A DNA stretch of 64,000 nt, taken from assembly GCA_964016885.1 (NCBI GenBank), contig OZ024752.1:41292001-41356000 (forward strand). The letters run 5' to 3'. Position numbers and translations under genes: made by a program. Positions 58,082 through 64,000 of this stretch are shown in pieces. Numbering within the stretch: position 1 is the first letter of the stretch; each line of letters opens with the position of its first letter. This stretch comes from Eledone cirrhosa (Eukaryota). The notes below the pieces were generated by a model that did not search any database, was not told where the DNA came from, and worked only from the letters and a program-made list of their open reading frames with translations.

Positions 58082-58106
58082 TTCTCCCCTCTCTCTCACT
58101 GTCTCA

Positions 58107-58198
<92 letters not shown>

Positions 58199-58533
58199 AT
58201 AATAATAAAATTGAAGACTAAAATCCAGAGAGGGCTCGATAAGGAAAATATATATCAAATATATAAAGTTCTATTTAAATTGTTGGGATACAACAAGCAA
58301 ATTTTTTTTATAACTGATATAAAGCACTCGACAAGTATTTGGAGTAAATATACGATATTAACAAATGGAAACTATATTTATAAAACCATATTTATTTCAT
58401 TATACATATTTCAAGGATACCATGTTAAGTTATGGTATGCTTTCTTCAGACAAAATACAATATATACCAGTTTTTATAAATAAACATTGACGTACACTTT
58501 CAAAATGCAACCGTTACTTTTGGAAGACATCTT

Positions 58534-58564
<31 letters not shown>

Positions 58565-58567
58565 GGA

Positions 58568-58627
<60 letters not shown>

Positions 58628-58661
58628 GGGGAATAAGTAAAAGCGAAGTCCTTTAATAATA

Positions 58662-58851
58662 ATTGTTTCTTCTTTTTGGCACAAGGCCAGCAATTAACCC
58701 AGTGCATTACTGGTACTTTATTTTATCGACCCCGTAAGGATGAAAGGCAAAGTCAACCTCGGCGGGATTTGAACTCAGGTCGTAAAGGGACGTAACTATG
58801 CTGGAAAGCATGGCGTCCGACCCTCCACCGATACTGCCAATCCACCGCCCT
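58662..58851 (-). mobile_element. SINE family 1, full length (second truncated copy at about 59135-59285)
   Basis: Reverse complement of the consensus, ending gccaatccaccgccc. Confidence 0.85.
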
Positions 58852-59530
58852 AGTCCTTTAATAATAATGCTGTGATATATATTTCAATGACGACACTGGC
58901 CACACTGTTCTGTGTGCGAGTGTCGTGACATCATCAGACAGCTTGTTACATAATAAGGTTATGTTTCCGAGGCAATCCAAGTTGAATCGACATGGGAACG
59001 GACGAAGTGTGTGCTTTTGGGTTCTTCATCCGTTCCCCTGTGAGTACCGATTCACCCCACCGGTCTGCGCAGGCGCATGTCCGAAGGAAATATATATATA
59101 TATATATATATATATTTGTGTGTATTTCATATATAATTGTTTCTACTTTTGGCACAAGGCCAGCAATTATCCCAGTACATTACTGGTACTTTATTTTATC
59201 AACCCCGTAAGGATGAAAGGCAAAGTTAACCTCAGCGGGATTTGAACTCACATCATAAAGGGCCGCAAAGCATGGCCTCTGACCCACCAACAATACACCG
59301 CCACACCAATGTTGTTGGTGGTGGTGCTAGTGGTGTTAGTGGTGTTATTAGTGTTGTTGTTGGTGGTGGTGTTGGTGGTGGTGGTGGTGTTGTTGTTAGT
59401 GTTGTTGTTGGTGCTGTAGTATATTTACCTGTACGATTGCATATTAAAAGCTATTTCTTTAGTTATTTACAACCACACATTCAGGCAACTATACACACGC
59501 ACACACACACACACATACATACACACACAT

Positions 59531-59572
<42 letters not shown>

Positions 59573-59678
59573 CACCCTGTCTATCTCTCTCCCTCTCTCT
59601 CCAATTATCTCTAACTCCATCTACCTTCTCTCTGATTCTCTCTCTCTCTCTCTCACTCACTCACTCACTCACTGTCTC

Positions 59679-59724
<46 letters not shown>

Positions 59725-59732
59725 ACTCACTG

Positions 59733-59766
<34 letters not shown>

Positions 59767-59794
59767 ACTCACTCACTCACTCACTCACTGTCTC

Positions 59795-59828
<34 letters not shown>

Positions 59829-59845
59829 ACTCACTCACTCACTCA

Positions 59846-59880
<35 letters not shown>

Positions 59881-60183
59881 ACACGCACGCGTAATGATGA
59901 AGAGGAGAAGGAAGAGGAGGGGGAGAAAGGACTGGAGGAAGAGGTGGTGGTGGTGGTGGTGGTGTACGAGGAGGGTGTGGAAGAGTGCATTATTTGGCCC
60001 TAACTAGTGTCTTCTAAGCGGAAATCGAACTCGCAAATGAGCTGCAGCTGTTTGCTGCGCAAGTAAGATTGCACATCCGCATTCACTTCCGGTTAGCTTC
60101 ATCAAAGTTAATCAATTGAAGAAAGTAAAACCAAGTCTTGGCGTCCATAATTAACAATAACAAAAACAGGGACAGCACATGTG

Positions 60184-60292
<109 letters not shown>

Positions 60293-60492
60293 AGGTGGTG
60301 GTGTTGGTGTTGTGGTGGTGGTAGTGGTGGTGGTGGTGGTGGTGGTTCTAGTGGTGGTGGTGCTGTTGGTGATGATATTGGTGGTGGTGGTGTTGTTGTT
60401 CGTTGTGGTGGTGTTGCTAGTGTTGGTGGTGTTGGTGTTAGTGTTGTTGTTGTTGGTGGTGGTGGTGGTGGTGGTGTTATTGGTTGTTGATG

Positions 60493-60534
<42 letters not shown>

Positions 60535-60854
60535 TTGTTGGTTGTGGTGGTGCTAGTGGTGTTTGTGGTGGTGCTAGTGGTGTTGGTGGTGATGCTAGTG
60601 GTGTTTGTGGTGTGATGCTAGTGATGTTTGTGGTGGTGCTAGTGGTGTTTGTGGTGTTAGTATTTTTAGTGGTGGTGCTAGTGTTGTTGGTGGTGGTGCT
60701 AGTGTTGTTGGAGGTGTTAGTGTTGTTGTTGTTACGTCAGGGCTTTCATTTTATTCAGGCTAAATAGTGAGTCATGTTACTCTGGAGTTTCGTCTGTTTA
60801 TCGCCACAGGGTCATCAGACAAGAACTACATACAGATATATATAAACATAAGTA

Positions 60855-61022
60855 TAGGCGTGAGTGTGTGGTTAAGGGGTTGGTTTCACGAGGGTCCATG
60901 TCCAGTGCTACTGTGTTGTACCTTCGGCAAGAAGTGTCTTCTACTACAGACACGGTTTGATTAAATCCCTTTAAAACACCGCACCAGCATGGCCGCAGTC
61001 TAATGACTGAGACAAGTAAATA
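60855..61022 (+). mobile_element. Diverged SINE of a third family
   Basis: ggcgtgagtgtgtggttaag head, ggcaagaagtgtcttctacta core, tail ccagcatggccgcagtctaatgactgagacaagtaaa. Confidence 0.55.
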
Positions 61023-61039
61023 AAAAAATGTGTATGTTT

Positions 61040-61078
<39 letters not shown>

Positions 61079-61267
61079 ATCTATCTATCTATCGATCTAT
61101 ATCTCTATATATCTATATATCTATCTCTATATATCTATCTCTATATATCTATCTCTATATATCTATCTCTATATATCTATCTCTATATATCTATCTCTAT
61201 CTATCTATCTATTTATCTATATATCTATCTCTATCTGTCTATCTATTTATCTATATATCTATGTGTA

Positions 61268-61470
61268 TTTTTTCGGGGGTGTGTGCGACCCCCCAAGGCG
61301 CCTCCTCTCTATTGAGGACTTTGTTATAAATTTTATTTTTTGTTATATTTTATTTTATTTTTATATATTGTTATTGCCTACTCCTTATTGAGGACGCCTT
61401 GTTTTGTAAACTCCCCCCATTGTACTTGTCCCAATTTTGATGCCCTGGTGGCAAATAAAAGAAACATATC
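61268..61470 (+). mobile_element. L1/Tx1-type 3' UTR fragment
   Basis: Closely matches the reverse complement of 5870-6070; TATC-rich flanks. Confidence 0.7.
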
Positions 61471-62347
61471 TATATATCTATGTGTATATGTGTGTGTATC
61501 TGTGTATATACACACACACATATACATACACACACACACATACATACATGCATGCATACATACATACATACATACATACATACATACATACATACATACA
61601 TACATACATACATACATACATACATACATGATGGCTGCCCCCTCGTTATCGAGTATGGCCATTGCACGAGGAGAGAAAAAAAATTAATAAATAAATACAT
61701 ACATACATACATACATACATACATACATACATACATACATACATACATACATACATACATACATACATACATACATACACCTCCGTCCAACTGTTTCTGA
61801 CTTTCGACTCGCCATTTTTTCATTAACTGTTGTTTTTCCATTTTCATTTTTATATTTCCTTCTGTGTGCTCTGCCAATTTTTGCTATTCAATATTACCGC
61901 ATAGCTTCTGTCTTAAAAATTACACCCTTAGGCCGATAAATAACTAAATAAATAAATAAATAAATGAATAAATAAATAAATAAATGAATAATTCCAATCA
62001 ATTTTTTTTTTTTTATTATTTTAATTCAAGCAATTTAAACAAAATAATACCATAAATAAAGAAAAACGAGTGGCAAAAAGTCTTTAAGTAGCCAAAAAAT
62101 TTAACCACTGCTCCCTTCACTACTATGTCAGTTTAACTTCTGCAGTGCCCCAGTTGAAAATCCTATCATTTCCCGTTCTATAGATTCATAGATAAACGAA
62201 TATTTTCTACGTTTCCACTTCGGTTTCCAACGTCTTTTTAACGCTTGTGGCGGGATTATCTCCCCCTACACTAACTCTCACGTACATGTTTTCTGTTACC
62301 ATTTATCAAAAACCCTGCTGTCATTTTGTGAAAGTTTTCCTAAAAAT

Positions 62348-62378
<31 letters not shown>

Positions 62379-62546
62379 AACACATAATATTAAAAATCAC
62401 TTTACAACAGCCAGAGGTGTTTTACAGGGTCTTTATTTTTATTTTTGCTTATATATATATGTACATGCATATATGTATATATGTATATATATAAATATGT
62501 ATATCTATATATATACATATATGCATGTACATATATATATATATAT

Positions 62547-62584
<38 letters not shown>

Positions 62585-62750
62585 TGCATATATGTATATA
62601 TATAGATATATAGATATACATGCATATATGTGTGTGTATATATATACATACTTATATGTATATATGTATATACATATATATATATACTTATATGTATATA
62701 TATGTATGTATATATATATATATATATATATACTTATATGTATATATATG

Positions 62751-62829
<79 letters not shown>

Positions 62830-63950
62830 ACATACATATATATACATATATGTATGTATATATATATATATACATACATATATGAATATATATACATATA
62901 TATTGTGGTTAAAACTATCAACGTATATAGCCTCGGGACAGGACTTCGCTGTTGTTGTTGTTGTTGTTGCTGTTGTTCTTGTTTCCTTTATATCTTGATG
63001 ATGTTGGTGATGATGATGATGATGCTTTTAATAGTTTTTGCTGCTATTTTTGTTGTTGTTTCGTCGTCATCATCATCGTCATCATCACCACCACCACCAT
63101 CATCATCATCGTCACCACCACCACCACCATCACCACCACCACCATCACCACCACCATCATCATCATCATTTTCCTGTCATGTTGCTATCCGATTTAAATG
63201 CAAATTCCCAGCACTTTTTGTTATCTGTCCGTGCAGTGTCCCTTTATTTTTGATTATCCCTTGAGGCAAATATTAGAAATCATCGTCATCATCATCATCT
63301 TCTTCTTCTTCATCATCACTATCTTCAGCATCATCATCATCGTCACCATCATCATCATCACACTACACTCCACACCCCACACCCTACACCCCACTCCACT
63401 CTACACAATACACTACACACTCCATACCCCACACCACACTCCACTCCACACACCACTTCACATCCCACTACACTCCACACCCCACACCACACTTCACTCC
63501 ACACACCACACAGCACACCCCACACCACTCCACACCACAACCTACCCAACACCCCACACAACACTACACACTCCATACACCACTCCACACCACACACCAC
63601 TCCACACAACTCCACACCACACTCCACTCCACACACCACTCCACACCACAACCCAACACCCCACACAACACTACACACTGCATACACCACACCACACACC
63701 ACTCCACACAACTCCACACCACACTCCACGCCACACACCACTCCATACACCACTCCACACCACACTCCACTCCACACATCACACCCCCACACCATTCTAC
63801 ATTCACATATCGAATGCTTTTGGCCAAAATGTTGTTTCCATAGCCATACCAACATATTGGAGTTTGTGCTTCTGAAACTATTTGTTTTCAAGGACAAAAC
63901 AAAACAATTTTTATACATATATACATTCACTTATCCATAATGGCGTACAC

Positions 63951-64000
<50 letters not shown>

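Noticed and set aside
58925-59245. VMFPRQ resembling the next ChAT exon (GMVFP.Q)
   Set aside because: Lacks the preceding WL..MYL..R..LP.NS motif and a good acceptor, and the ORF runs into TA and SINE sequence.

Overview
Eukaryotic, AT-rich, microsatellite-saturated genomic DNA. The SINE and repeat landscape suggests an octopod cephalopod (inference). Nearly all ORFs in the six-frame track are translations of simple repeats. The only host coding sequence I can support is one 192-nt phase 0-0 exon (32301-32492, +) encoding the N-terminal part of a choline/carnitine acyltransferase, most like choline acetyltransferase (ChAT), so much of the window is probably intron. The rest is: tRNA-derived SINEs; 3' ends of an L1/Tx1-type LINE sitting in (TATC)n; hAT and Tc1/mariner MITEs; an RTE-like tail; a relic of a restriction-like-endonuclease (RLE) retrotransposon; and many short Penelope-like (PLE) insertions in (TA)n. 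Two signals stand out. (1) At least three distinct PLE-type families carry type I hammerhead-ribozyme motifs and insert as fold-back palindromes; one copy folds back within about 1 nt of the predicted self-cleavage site. (2) Several minisatellite arrays (31, 79 and 75 bp units, plus a LINE-tail concatemer) grew out of a transposon end or endonuclease segment that is still attached. No CRISPR, rRNA or genuine tRNA gene was seen. Repeat boundaries and copy counts were read by eye and are approximate.
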